Source of the DNA: Oopsacas minuta
Lineage: Eukaryota; Animalia; Porifera
DNA length: 64,000 bases
Reading direction: 5' to 3'
NCBI GenBank assembly: GCA_024704765.1
Contig: JAKMXF010000346.1
Location: 68,015-132,014, forward strand
The translations under genes and the position numbers were made by a program. The stretch's first letter is position 1; every line of letters begins with the position of its first letter. The notes under the pieces were generated by a model. That model made no database searches. It had not been told where the DNA came from and was given only the letters and a program-made list of their open reading frames with translations. Shown in pieces: positions 51,149 to 64,000 of this stretch.

Positions 51149-52435
51149 CGAAGGGGACTCGAAAAGTTTTGACGTTAGCCAACATATCAGATAGTAATAA
51201 TAAAATTGAATATTACATTTTTTCAAAATAATGTCCTTGACAATCTATACATTTTTTCATTCTGGTAAACCAATTAGCAAAACATTTTTTCCACTCTTCT
51301 TTGCGTATGTCTCCGATCGCTTGGAAAACTGCCCCTCTCAACTCTTCATTAGTCGAAAATCTCCTCCCACGTAATTGATCTTGGAGTCTAGGGAACAACC
51401 AGAAGTCGCAATGGGCTGAACCAGGACTGTATGATGGGTGAGGTAATGTTTTGAGTCCAGAATTTTCCAAAAACTCACGAGTTCAGATTGCCGTATGCGA
51501 TGATGCATTATCATGATGTAGAAGAATTCCTCCAATGCCAGGCTTCTCCCGCTGTGAGTCAATTGCTGTGATGCCTTTGGGTAGGCACACTGTAGTGCAC
51601 CAGTCGGCAGTAACAGTCTTTCTATCCTCGAGAGCAACAGCTTCGACAAACCCACTAGATCTGAAAAAAATCGCCCACATTTGTTTCCCAACAGATTTAG
51701 CCCTCCGCACTTGGTAGGAGGTGGGGCATCTCTTCAACCCACTCCTTTTGACATTCGCTTTGTTTCTGGATCACAATGGTATATCCATGTCACATCACCT
51801 GTAAGGATCTCAGAAACAGCTCTTGAACTTCCATTAGCAAACCTTTTGAGCATAATTTTGCAAAAGTCTATGCGGGATATTTTTTGCTGTAAGTTCAAAG
51901 AATGGGGGATCCATTAGGCACACAACTTCCTGACACAAAGCTCTTTGTGCAAAATGATATTAATTGTCCCCGATGATAACTCGGTTCCATACTCTAATTG
52001 AGCGTACGTAATATGAGGATCTTTAGTAATTAGATCTAGCATTTCGTTAACATTTTCTTCATTATGTGAAATATTCGGTCTTCAAGAACAAAGTTTCCGT
52101 GAATAAATTCCTGTACCATCGTTCAACTCTACTTAGAGAAGGAACTAGATCCGGAAATGTTCCTGTAAAGATTCATAGATTTCTACTCTTGTCTTCTGTA
52201 GTTTGAATAAGATCAAAATCATTGCTCAAAAACCACGTTTTGTGAGATCTGATTTAGATTGAGATATTTTAGAAGCCATGTATACTAAAATTATCTAATT
52301 TATGAAAGTAGAAGAGATAAATGAATGAAAGTTTCAAAGTAGAGTAATAAAATATGCTGAAAAGATGGATAAGAAAAAATATCCGACAGATTAATGGTTT
52401 CAAATCAAACGGCAAAACTTTCTGAATGCCCCTCC
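51149..52435 (-). mobile_element. Degraded mariner element
   Basis: TIRs CGAAGGGGACTCGAAAAGTTTTGACGTT and GGAGGGGCATTCAGAAAGTTTTGCCGTT, TA flanks; LLHHDNASSH and PHPSYSPGSAHCDFWLFP fragments. Confidence 0.85.
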
Positions 52436-52831
52436 TAATAATTAAATGTAGTGGTCAATTTCATGCAAAATTTTACAATTAAGATCCGGCTAATAACATG
52501 ATGAATTATTCTCTCGATCTTTTATCCACTTTATAACCCACTCTTAAGCAAATCATATTATCTAAATTATGAATTATCTCAACATAACTGAAATCAAATT
52601 TTCGAATTGGCAATCTTCAAAATACACATATTGTTTACATCATGAAACTTGGAAGAAAATACATTCCTCCAATTACTGATTAATGACATTCTATGGTTCG
52701 AATCAGTAATGCACAAACTATCTCCCATTATGTGATTTCGAGATAAAATTCTACAGATTCACAACTTTCAATCTCAAAGTCAACCCCAGAACTGACCTCT
52801 AACAATGTATCCACAACTTGTTCACTTTCTA

Positions 52832-54140
52832 CAGGGTGGCCATTAAGTTCTGTCCCATTCTTTGATGCAATATCACATAAATACTAATTAGGCTACCACA
52901 AGTTTAATACAATTAAATCACTCTCAGGAACATTATACTTTATATTTTATAACTATATGCCGTTTATTCAATTTATCTTGTACAATATTCTATGGATTGT
53001 GAAAGGGCTGCCATTGTTGAATTATTTTCTAAAGGAAAATCACAAGGCGAAATTTTAAAATTGCTGAATTTTAAAAAATCAAGGAGAAAGTTCGTATATA
53101 GAACTATCCTACGTTATCAGAAGACGGGCAGCATTCAGGATATGCCCCGAAGTGGTCGTCCGAAGTCTATCACTACTCCCAGGATGAAGAAGTTAGTTAG
53201 GGACCGAATAAGGAGGAATCCTCTACGATCCATGAGGAAAATGGCAGCTGAGGTCCACATATCCAAAGGATCGATGCAAAATTTAGTCAAGAATGAATTG
53301 GATTTCAGGTCGTATAAAAGGAAGACTGTTCATTTCCTTTCGGAGACTATTAAGCTGAAAAGGCTCTCGAGAAGCAAGGGCCTTCTTACTCGGCTCGAAA
53401 TTGAAAATCTTGACCGGTTTCTGTTCTCTGATGAAAAATTGTTCAGTATAGAGCAGGCTACTAACAAACAGAATGACAGAATATTAGCTCCAAACTCTTC
53501 AAGCATCCCTGAGGATGTTTTGTATGTAGCTAGGACACAAAAACCCCGATCTATTATGGTATGGGCCGGTATTTCGGCGAATGGACGGACTCCGCTAATA
53601 TTTATACCTGAAGGGGTCAAGATAAATGCTGCAACCTATCGGCAGTTGATCCTTGAACCAGTAATTAAACACTCGAGCAGAAATATCTTTAGAAATCAAC
53701 CATTTGTCTTCCAACAAGACGGTGCTCCGGCTCACACCGCCAATATCACTCAAAAATGGTTACATGAGAACATTTCAGGATTTCTTTCAAAGGAGGAATG
53801 GCCTCCCTCAAGTCCAGATTTGAACCCAATGGACTTCTCGATCTGGGCCATATTGGAAGCAAAGGCTTGTGCAAAGTCTCACAACAATTTGGACTCTCTG
53901 AAGAGATCATTGGTCAAAGAGTGGGAAAAGATTCCTCAGGAGGTCCTGCGAGCCGCAGTGGAGTCCTTTCCGACGCGACTAAGAAGTGTAGTCAAGAACA
54001 AAGGTGGCTACATAGAGTAGAATTTGTTTATGTATTGCTAGACATATCTATTAGATATATGCCAAGTAATAATCTATAAGAATGGCTACATAAATAGTTA
54101 TCACTATTCAGGGAGGGGACAGAACTTATTGGCCACCCTG
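52832..54140 (+). mobile_element. maT-type (DD37D) Tc1/mariner element, complete, 1309 bp
   Basis: 25-bp TIRs CAGGGTGGCCA(T/A)TAAGTTCTGTCCC with one mismatch; TA flanks. Confidence 0.95.
52992..54020 (+). CDS. DD37D transposase, 342 aa, intact
   Basis: LFSDEK; QQDGAPAH followed by 37 residues to D in SPDLNPMDF; N-terminal HTH with RSGRP. Confidence 0.95.
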   Translation: MDCERAAIVELFSKGKSQGEILKLLNFKKSRRKFVYRTILRYQKTGSIQDMPRSGRPKSITTPRMKKLVRDRIRRNPLRSMRKMAAEVHISKGSMQNLVKNELDFRSYKRKTVHFLSETIKLKRLSRSKGLLTRLEIENLDRFLFSDEKLFSIEQATNKQNDRILAPNSSSIPEDVLYVARTQKPRSIMVWAGISANGRTPLIFIPEGVKINAATYRQLILEPVIKHSSRNIFRNQPFVFQQDGAPAHTANITQKWLHENISGFLSKEEWPPSSPDLNPMDFSIWAILEAKACAKSHNNLDSLKRSLVKEWEKIPQEVLRAAVESFPTRLRSVVKNKGGYIE

Positions 54141-54715
54141 TACATTACGCTTAGGATTGTGAACCTGGGGAAGGGGAAATAATTCCTTAACTAACCTTCA
54201 ACACGACTAAGGTTTTCAGAATAAACATTTTGTAAACTGGTAATACCATATGTATCGAATTCTTTGTACCAATACCCAACTAATGAAAATGTTCGAAATT
54301 TCTCCACTTAAACAGACATATTTTACCAAACATTTAATAAACAAAACTATGTCCAGCTTGTGTTATAACTAACCATTAAACTAACAGTGACTAGACTCAA
54401 CAGAGCTATTGCTATCAGCACCTGTGATGACATTAATGAAATGAAAACACTTAACAATAAAATAATGCATCAGTGTATTGCAAAAATCCAGATATATTTC
54501 TAGCATTAGATAAGACATATAATTTTGTGCCATCTACCCACAACTGAGCTTCAGAAGTATTGAAGAAATAAAGTATTTCTTCAGACTTTCCTTCATCAAT
54601 ACAATTAATTAAATCGACACCTTCTAATTGTTATACACCGTTAAATCAGAGGCAGCACGAAATGTTAAGAAACAGTACTAGTGACATCCTGTTTTTTTGA
54701 GGAAATTGAATTATA

Positions 54716-57700
54716 TAGGGTGTCCCATAACACTGATATACAACATTTTTGATGATCTTCTTTCTCTATTATTTTTGCATAGTGTAGATATATATTGGGA
54801 ATTATTAAGTATTATTTTCATTCTCAAGGGTACTAAAAGTAGGAAATTTCTATTTTAGTTATTTCGGTCTTTTAATTGACTATATCGTCAAAATATTTCT
54901 AATTTCAATTCTACACATCACCCTTATCCAATTTATTTGGTTTTATTGCTTATATGCCGTAAATTGCCTCTAATAGTAGTTATAATCTGTTTGATTCCAC
55001 TCGACAGTTAATTTATCTTGTTCATTTTATTGTTTATGGCTTCTCAGGTTCGTAAAAATTCTCCTGAAAAGTTTTGTTATATTTGTGGGAGGCATACTAC
55101 AACTGACCAACGGCAAAATATCACAAAGGCCGTAGAACGCTGTTATTTCGCATACTTTGGATGCCATCTTGGGGATCAAGATAAGCCCTGGGCTCCACAC
55201 ATGCTTGTAAGACATGCGTTGAGAACTTACGCTTGTGGTATGCTGGGAGGAGAAAGAAAATGCCGTTTGCGGTTCCAATGATATGGAGAGAACCAATGTG
55301 TCATCTTTCGGATTGTTATTTCTGCATGACGAAAATTGATGGTATCACAAAAAAGAATAAATCCAGTATTGCGTACCCAGACATACCGTCCGCCATTAGG
55401 CCAGTTCCACATTCAGAGGACCTACCTGTACCAGTTCCATTGGAAATATTGGACAGTAGCAGTGACAATGATAGTAGTGGAGATTCTGACGAGTACATAC
55501 TCCCACCAGATGATAATTCTCCTTAGCTTTTTGATCAAGATGATCTTGATGACCTAATAAGAGGTCTTAATTTACCAAAATCGTCTTCAGAAATTCTTGC
55601 TTCACGTCTAAAACAGAAGAATTTACTACTTCCGGGGGCGAATATTTCGAAATAACGAACTAGAGAACAAGATTTCCTTAAATTTTTTCACGTACAGCCA
55701 TCATTTGTATATTGTGGAAATATTCCTGGTCTGATAGAAAAGCTTGGAGTGAAATATAATCCTGAAGAATGGTGATTATTTATTGATTCCTCTAAAAGAA
55801 GTTTAAAGGGAGTGTTACTCCATAATGGCAACAAGCTTGCGTGTATTCCAGTTACACATTCTTTTCAACTTAAGGAGACTTACGACAGCATGAAAGTCTT
55901 CCTAGATGCACTAAATTACACCATGCATCGATGGTTAATTTGTGGAGATCTTAAGGTCATATCATTACTTCTTGGACAACAAGGTGGTTACACCAAATAT
56001 CCATGTTTTCTGTGTTTGTGGGATCGCCGTGCAGACGCTCGACATTACGTCCAGAAAGTGTGGTCGCATCGAGACCATTTAGTTCCTGGTAGTCACAATG
56101 TTATTCAAGAACCACTTGTGGATTCTAACGATGTCTTGTTACCACCTCTTCACATTAAACTTGGTTTAATGGAAAATTTTGTGAAGGCATTGCCCAAGGA
56201 TTGTGGGAGTTTTTTGTACCTCGTGGAAAAATTCCCTGCAATTTCTGATGCGAAGATTAAAGGTGGTATCTTCGTTGGACCACAAATAAGGGAGCTATTC
56301 AAAGATGATGAATTTCTTAAAGAATTAAGTAGCCTAAAGAGGAAAGCTTGGCTGAGTTTTCGTGATGTGGTAGAAAGTTTCCTTGGAAATCACAAAGTTG
56401 ACAACTATGCTGACATTGTCGAGAGATTAATAGAGAATTACATAATGCTCGTTGCGAGAATGTCTATAAAAATCCATTTCCTTCACTCACACCTGAATTA
56501 TTTTCCAAAAAATCTTGGGCACTAAGCGAAGAACAAGGCAAACGTTTTCATCAGGATATTAGTGACATTGAACTGATACCAAAGAAAATGGAATTCCAGT
56601 ATGATGGCGGACTACTGTTGGTGTTTGAAACGCAACAAGCCTGACGTTCTACACAAAAGAAAGTCGAGGAAAAGAAAATTTTTAGACGATTAAATTTGAA
56701 TCTATATTATTAAATCTCAATTGTTGTCTATTTGTTTGTCTGTCTGTCCGTTTGTCCGTTGCTAAGGAAGCTGAAATGGAATGTGGAATTCATATTTGCA
56801 AATTGCTTGTATCTATATATCTATGGTGTTAATCAGGAAAATATACAAACGGGTGCACTGATTCCGAATATCATATTGTTGGTAACATGTGATAAATATT
56901 TGTTGTTGTTTAGTAGCATAAAGAAACAAATTCTAAAATTATCCTAGAAACGTGGTTTCAACGGTTATTGTGGGGTAATCGGGTACGCTGATTCTGAATA
57001 TCATACAAACTAATAATCAAAGCGAGGGCCGAAGGCCGAGTACGGACACGAAATGTTAGAATCCGCGTAGCACGCTAGTGATAGTTAATACTAGTATGAT
57101 TTGGTAGGTAATAAACATAAATGTATGTTTAATTTCATATATTTAATCTCATATTGGTGCAATCTTCCAACCAGAAAATTACAAATTCTAGACCCGTTGT
57201 GAATATATACTTAACTCATTCATAAACAATCCCTTCAAATTATTTAATTTCAGCTATTCTTATTTAATCATCAAAAACTTTTTACAATTTTGTAAATCAG
57301 TGTAATTATTGTCGTATCCGACACTTGTAGATATTCGTTTACTGTATTTCCAAGTTTGCTTTCAATTTGTATACTTTTTCTTATACAAGTACTAGTGTGA
57401 ATTATCATTAGAATTTATCTGGAACCTTATATTTTCTCCAGTGAATTTATTACAATCAGGTATTTCATCAACTTGTGTAATTATTTCATCATGAATGTCA
57501 AAAATTCCTCCGAAACTCTTCGTAACAGGGCAGTCGGAATGATTATTGGTGGGATGGTGCAGAAAGATGTTGCTAAGACCTTAGAAAAACCACTCAGAAC
57601 GATACAGCGTTGGTGGGCACGAAATAGACGAGGTCAAGATCTAGGACATAAGGTCGGTGCTGGGCGTCCAAAAACGATCACAAGGGAGGTCAAGATAGTT

Positions 57701-58635
57701 ATATCCAAATCTCTTGGCAAAATTTGTCAATCCACTAGAAAGATCGCGATAAAACTCAAGCGAAAGGGTTATGGTATCTCTAAATCGACTGTTCACCGCT
57801 ATTTGAAGGAAACGATTGGAGCGACTGCCTATAAAAGACCCAAAATTCCCAAATTGACTGAAAAACAGAGGGAAAACCGGCTAAATTTTTGTATTGAAAG
57901 GGAAAATTGGAATTTGGATGAGTGGAAACGAGTCCTATGGAGTGATGAATCACCATATGAACTATTTCATCCCAGTTCCGCTCAAAATGATAGGGTTTGG
58001 TCCACTGACAGCTCCAAAGTACCACCTCGTGAAGTTATCAAAAAACCCGCCAAAAGTGATGGTCTGGGCCATTATGAGCTATCGTGGCCTCTCAGAATTA
58101 CATTTCGTTCCTCCTAAACAGGCTGTAAGCTCTCAATATTATGTAGAAGAGATATTGGAGAAATCTTATCGACTTGCGGTGGGTCGTTCAAAAACGGCAG
58201 GCAGCATTCTGACCAGGAAATTACTACCTAACATGTCTCGGGCCATATTAATGCAAGACGGGGTGCCAGCACACACTGCCAGTCGCACACAGGAATGGTG
58301 CACAAACAACATGCCCACTTTCTGGGCCAAAGGAGAATGGCCTGGCAATTCACCGGATTTAAATCCGATAGAAAATCTATGGAGTATTTTGCAGGAGAAG
58401 TTGAATGAGATGAAACCCTCAACCAACCTCAATCAGTTAGCAGAAAATCTCAAAAATGACTGGAGGGACATTAATCCATTGATCTTGGAAAATTTAGTTG
58501 CTAGAATGCCAGCAAGTATTGATAAATGTATACAATTGAAAGGAGGATATATTGGAAAATAATTGTCTTCTTTTCTCAATTAATGGCAATAATAACATAA
58601 GATGAAGGATACGACAATAATTATGGGACACCTTG
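54716..58635 (+). mobile_element. Tc1-like DD37E element whose left TIR is split by a Chapaev3-like insertion; transposase ~57491-58562, frameshifted
   Basis: Right TIR reverse complement is CAAGGTGTCCCATAATTATTGTCGTATCC. The left TIR is rebuilt from TAGGGTGTCCCATAA (54716-54730) plus TTATTGTCGTATCC (from 57306). TA flanks. WSDES; QDGVPAH followed by 37 residues to E in NPIENLW. Confidence 0.9.
54731..57302 (+). mobile_element. Chapaev3-like element B, complete ends, decayed transposase (~55036-56690)
   Basis: TIRs CACTGATATACAACATT and CACTGATTTACAAAATT; 3-bp TSD TAA. Motifs NSPEKFCYICG, GDQDKPWAPH, CGDLKV, LPPLHIKLGL, KIHFLHSHL, SEEQGKRFHQ. Confidence 0.88.
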
Positions 58636-58849
58636 TAAGATACGAAAGAAGGCATCTATAAATAATGAAGGTGTTCTGAGGAGAAATAACTTCAAGAATT
58701 GACCTCAAAGTTGGAATTCGTAATACACAAACACCATATAATTTAGCGATTTTTAATGGCCGTTGCTAGGGATAATTTGTAGTGTTACACGAAAATATCG
58801 ATATTGTTATAAACGTCTATATCTCAACTATCGATTAGCATAAAAATAA

Positions 58850-61140
58850 CACAGGTCAACAAAATTCAACTACATTTTCTCATCAAGTATTAGATTGACA
58901 TTTTCTAAGCTAGTTTTTACGCTGAATTCAAATCTGCTTTCAGATTCTTTCCGGCATGTCCAGTTTTTTTCCATCTACAAGTCAACGATTTTTATGTATT
59001 TCCTAAATTTTTCCTGTTATTTTATGGTAGTGGCTGTCTTTTTGTCTTCTTACATGATAGCCATCTGAAATAAATCAACATTTCGATGTTTTAGATTAAT
59101 GCCAAAGTAATATCAGTTATTATCCTAGCTCTTACATATAATTATTCACATTCATGCATGTATCAGCCACTCACAAACTAAGGGGAAATACACATCCATC
59201 TAGAAGTATAAAGGTAGCTAACTAAATTAAAAGTGTTGAGAGTATGACTTCTATTTATATATCTTGTTGGGATTATCTCTGAAGAGCCTCCAACAGTGAT
59301 CGGACATCATGCCCTCATTCCTGAAACCTTTGTATCGGGTTCCCATCTCCTGTATGTCTTGGTGGAATCTCTCACCCTAGGGGTTCATCACTTACAGCAC
59401 CAAGGTTCTCAGGGAAAAATCAAGGTGAGAGCGCAAGAAGTGAAGTTTTAGCGACATGAGACAGCCCATCTTCTCGTATGCGTTAAGCAAGGTTTCCACT
59501 CCTTCTCTGTAGTTGGACGACTTCTTGTTGCCCAAAAAGTTTTCACAAACCCATTTGAATGAATTCCAAGCACTCATTTCTAATTCGGATAATGTCTTCT
59601 CGAAATCTGGATCTCTGAATACTTGTCTGATTTGTGGTCCTACAAATACTCCCTCTTTTAACTTTGCCTCGCTTAGTTTCCGAAATTTGCCAACCAAATG
59701 CAGAAATCCTGCTGAATTTGTTTTGCCCATTGTTTTAACGAATGTTTTCATTAATCCAAGTTTAATATGAAGTGAGGGTAAGAAAACTTTGTTTGGGTCT
59801 ACCAATGGCGAATGCTGTAAATTGGTTTTCCCCACTTCATAGGTTCTCTTCGGCCAATCACATTTTTTATAATGTTCACCAGTTGCTCGGCTGTCCCATA
59901 GACATAGGAAACAACAATACTTTGTAAAACCTTGTTGCAAGCCCATCAATAGCCCGATTATCTTAAGATCACCGCAGATATTCCATATATGTGTTCTATA
60001 CTGTATTGCCTCCAAAACTTCCTGCAAATTGACGAAGGTTTCTCTGAGATAGACGGAGTGAGCAATTGGAACGCCAGGCTTTAGATTTCCGTTATGCACC
60101 AGAACAACTTTCAAACTGCGTTTTGACGAGTCGATGAAAAGGCGCCAATCAGAGGTAGAATGTTCTTGTAATACGTTTGCATAGAGTCCTTCGATATCAT
60201 TACAATTGCACAGTGGACCATCAGTGGTGTAGTATTGAGCGAGATCGAAATTTCGCTTGCGATTGTGGGATACTAGGACATCTTTGTCGAGTAGGTTTTT
60301 CTGTTTGAGCCTGGATGCAAGGAGTTCATCTTTGTCTTTAGATAAGTCTAGATCCCTGACCAGGTCATTCAATTCTCCCTGTGTAAATGTTTGTGGCTCT
60401 AGTAATTCATCTTCGGGACATAATTAGCATCTGTAGAATCTGCATGGACATCTTCCACCATATCAGACCCAATTTTAATTTGCTGTGGCTTGACAATTGG
60501 GATTGGTAATGAGATGTCGTGTGGAATTGGCCTGCGAGCAGAATCCAAGTCTGGGTGAACAAGAGCGTGCTTATTCTTGGCTGAGAATCCTGTAATGTCG
60601 ATAGGGCAAAAGTAACAATCATCAAGGTGATTTTTCTGTTCCCTCCAGACCATGGGTATTGCAAATGGCATTGAAACTTTCCTTTTGTTCAACCAATCAC
60701 GTAGTCCACTTGACAAGAAGTGCATATAACATGTGGTGCCCACGACTTGTCTTGGTCACCAAGTGGGCATTCGAAGTACAATTTGTATAAGTTCTTTAAT
60801 TGATTTGTGATTGGTCGTCTTTGTGATTTTACGCAAAAAAGACCACAAACGTAACAGAAATTGTCGGGATGAGTTTTGCAATTACGATGCATGTTTCTAA
60901 TTTGATTTGCTTGAATTCAAATAAGTAAAGTCATTTATATTCCAGATAATAGAATCAAAATAGGCATGCTCATATAGCAATTTAGTAACTAGGTAATACT
61001 ATACTATTGAAAAAATGGATATTGGATTTCAGAATAACTAGACGCGCTAGGGAAATTCTAATTGCAGATTCAGTTCAGCATTCAAAAGTATGCTAAGATA
61101 AATATATGTGATCTCTGATGAGAAATCTTGTTGAGTTGTG
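58850..61140 (-). mobile_element. Chapaev3-like element C, decayed transposase (~59392-60892)
   Basis: Ends CACAGGTCAACAAAATT and CACAACTCAACAAGATT; TAA on both flanks. Motifs HPDNFCYVCG, NHLDDCYFC, CGDLK, LPSLHIKLGL, SLKLHFLRSHL. Confidence 0.85.
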
Positions 61141-61423
61141 TAATTGTATAAAATTAAGGGTAATACAGTACTTTAACATTGTTAATTATATAGAGGCCCA
61201 TATTGTGCCAATATAAAAAACATACCTCTGGGCATTTTGATTGCATCTATTGTTGGAATTTATGTTAACGTAATTATAGTTCGGAAAATTCTTTGAAACC
61301 TTATAAAATTACGTCATTAGACAATGAGAATTTGAATTCACAAATAGAAGCTAAAACACAGTAAACACAATATAGTTGTATTCTCGACAGACTCTTTAAC
61401 AATATTACAACATTTACAGGTAG

Positions 61424-62598
61424 TTATGAGATTACAAAAAATTTGGCAAATTCTAGTGATGCCACACTCAGCTCCATCTTGTTGGGCAGTGGTACGAACA
61501 GGCTCGGTAACAGATGACCGGTCTTCATAGGATCATCTCCTCCACGGAGTCCATGCACCAGATACACCTGGACGAAGAGGGGCGGTGCCGTCTTGAAGGT
61601 GCCATCAGCTAGCCAGATCTTGCTTCGCTGCAGCACCCCGAGGTTGTGTTGTGTCGCGAAGATGAGGAATCTGGGTACATCGTCTGCACCCGAATCGTAG
61701 AGTAAGAACTGTTCTCCCTTGGCTGTCTGCTGGTAGACTGCTGGTAGAGCTAGTTCTGCTAGAGTGGTAGGTTGTGCTGGAGCTGCAAGTACACTAGCAC
61801 GTTGGCGTTGTATCGTCCGCTTCAGGCTGTCCAGTTTGGGGAGTTTAGCAGCAGTACCCTCTGATGCTGTTTGCAAACTCTCGCCCACTATGTGGTGTGT
61901 GCTATCCTGGGACTCCCGTGCTCTCCTCTTCGTGCCTGCCTTCGCTTCACAATAGTCCGCTGCCTGCTCGTCAGGCCCATGGGAGTGTTCATTCGTGCGC
62001 TTGACTATCATCATCCCTTTGGTGTCAACTCTAGCTTTGCAGACCCATCTTTACTCATGCAACCAATGCGTCACATCTCCAACTCTCCTCTGCACTCCAA
62101 ATAATTATCCATCCTCCGACAGCTTGTCTCTTCTTCTTTGCGACTTGATCAGCCTAAAGTTCGGCTGATCAAGAGGTTCCGCCATTAGTAAAGTTATAAA
62201 ATTTCAAATACAAAATGTGTCGATTGGTAATGAGAAAACGAATCTGAGTTTGAACTAGATCATTTTCTATTTATGTCCGAGGATTGCAAATATCACAGGT
62301 GATCACATCCTGTTTACTACATTCCTCTTTACCAAATACAGCCCTAAGAGTATTTACTTCGTGTGTGCTTACTTAATACTTACTTTAGCAATCTTGGGAA
62401 TTCATATCATTAAATGGATTCATGGAATCATGTCATCTAAATTAGAATTATCTATCAAATTAAGACTTCCCGTGTGCAGATATAATTATTAGAAAATTGA
62501 TTATTTATGTGTACTTATATTGAATTAATGAACTAATATCATATCAAATTGACCAATCAAATTAGGTGCGAATTGTCCGGTGCGAATTGTCGGTATCC
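61424..62598 (-). mobile_element. FLYWCH-MULE element, 3'-truncated; pseudogene from ATG at 62185
   Basis: CKARVDT..EHSHGPD, LPKLDSLKRTIQR and WLADGTFKTAPPLFVQVY. A terminal GGTGCGAATTGTC doublet ends in GGTATCC at 62598. Confidence 0.85.
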
Positions 62599-64000
62599 GC
62601 TACCACTCACACTCCCAACTTATAATTTGAATTCCTCTAGCTTAGCGAGTTGCTAATACATTTAATGAAATTTAATTTTCATAAACGTCCATATCACTAA
62701 AGTATGCATATATAATTTGAGAATCGAATTCTGACTTTTAGGTGGGTAAATTCAAGGGAGCCGTTACATTAAAAACTTTAACCAAAAAGTGACTAAAAGT
62801 AAAGGTTTTTAAAATCAAAATATATTGCTTGAAATGTTCAACTCTCTTCTTAACAATGGCACAAATTTAGTTTAAATCTGTTGAGTATAAGTGAGTCAAA
62901 TTAGTAACTGTAGTGACCCTAGTTAACTTATTCGTTGAATTTTTCACAATAGAATATTTCAAAACGTAAAGAATATTTTTGAAAGAAATTTTAACTACAT
63001 AATCCACCAGCCCCCACTAGTGTGTAGAAGAAAATTGTATCAAAATAATATTGAGAAGCCGATCAAATAACATATTATAGTTGACACGAATGGAAAAATT
63101 TCAAAACCTCAATGCAAAGTCATCACATTTTACAATTCTGATGACATTTTCGTAATCCATCAACTCTATATTTTGAAAAATGACAAGTATTTTTCTCTAT
63201 CTATATGATATGTCGGTCAAATTCACGATTGAAGTATACACGATTTTTTCATTTGATTTCCTGCTAACTTCTTTTTCGTCAAAAAATGTAACCCTTGGGG
63301 TCTTTTAGTGCGAATTTGGGAAAAAAAGATGAGGAACTCCTGGATAAAGTTGAGTTATAGTCATTCTAAATAGTTGTGTAATTGAAGAACAATGTGATAG
63401 TATGTTAGTTAGCTTGTAACTGCATACTCTCCTATTCAATTTTCTTTTACTTTAATTCATGTTTTGCATTCTGGGGAGCTGGATCCTCATTGACAGATGA
63501 GGCCCTGGCCCCCCAAATTTGGGTAGTTCTACATCCATGTCTATACGAACTATTCCTTTGGGTATTAGAGAATCCGAATCCATGCGAAATATACATATCT
63601 TTGATAATTTGAATCCAAATCCATCAAAAATTTATGGATTTTACATCATGACACCTTCATTCAACATCTATAATCTATGCGACGCTCCCTCCCCTATGCT
63701 TCCTAGTGTTAAGAAATTCTAAAGATTTCGACATTTGGAAAATATACAGCCTTTCCTATATTTTTACAATTTTTAATATCAAATTTCGCCAGACTACTAT
63801 TGTAGGAGCTGCAAAATTGTTCAAATATTTAAATTGATATACTTTACACAATTACATATATATTGCCACTTTATTTAATTCACTTGATATACTTTGCTTT
63901 TTGAGACAAATTATTTCCATTATTTTCTCCCATTTATTGCTAGCTACTGTCTTTTATGATGGATCATACTAATTTCTCATCAAGATCTATGATTTTAGAT

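Noticed and set aside
78-63722. The many 60-120 aa ORFs in the track
   Set aside because: Most are antisense or off-frame shadows of transposase genes, or chance ORFs in AT-rich DNA with no recognisable motifs.

Overview
AT-rich animal genomic window made up almost entirely of cut-and-paste DNA transposons, many of them nested. Families seen: Harbinger, Tc1/mariner (DD34D-like, DD37D, DD37E), hAT, MULE, Chapaev3-like and Transib/RAG1-like. Only two host genes are recognisable, both intronless: TTC5 (32393-33760, -) and PHF5A (42766-43098, +). The most interesting signal is a set of Transib/RAG1-like transposons. (i) A complete 3328-bp element (4725-8052) has a perfect V(D)J RSS heptamer CACAGTG at both ends, a 5-bp TSD (GTTGC) and a 702-aa RAG1-core-like ORF with an NBD-like segment and an intact D268/D372/E630 triad. 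(ii) A 5'-truncated second copy (17700-19939) sits inside a hAT element. (iii) A decayed, divergent second family (40284-42270) also has CACAGTG ends and a TGCCT TSD. In both families the two ends are bipartite and asymmetric: an internal motif lies exactly 9 bp further from the heptamer at one end than at the other, reminiscent of the 12/23 RSS asymmetry. Both families also carry a TGACGTCA palindrome 146-148 bp inside the right end. No RAG2-like gene, RNA gene, CRISPR array or retrotransposon was recognised. All homology calls are by eye from remembered family motifs; no searches were run.
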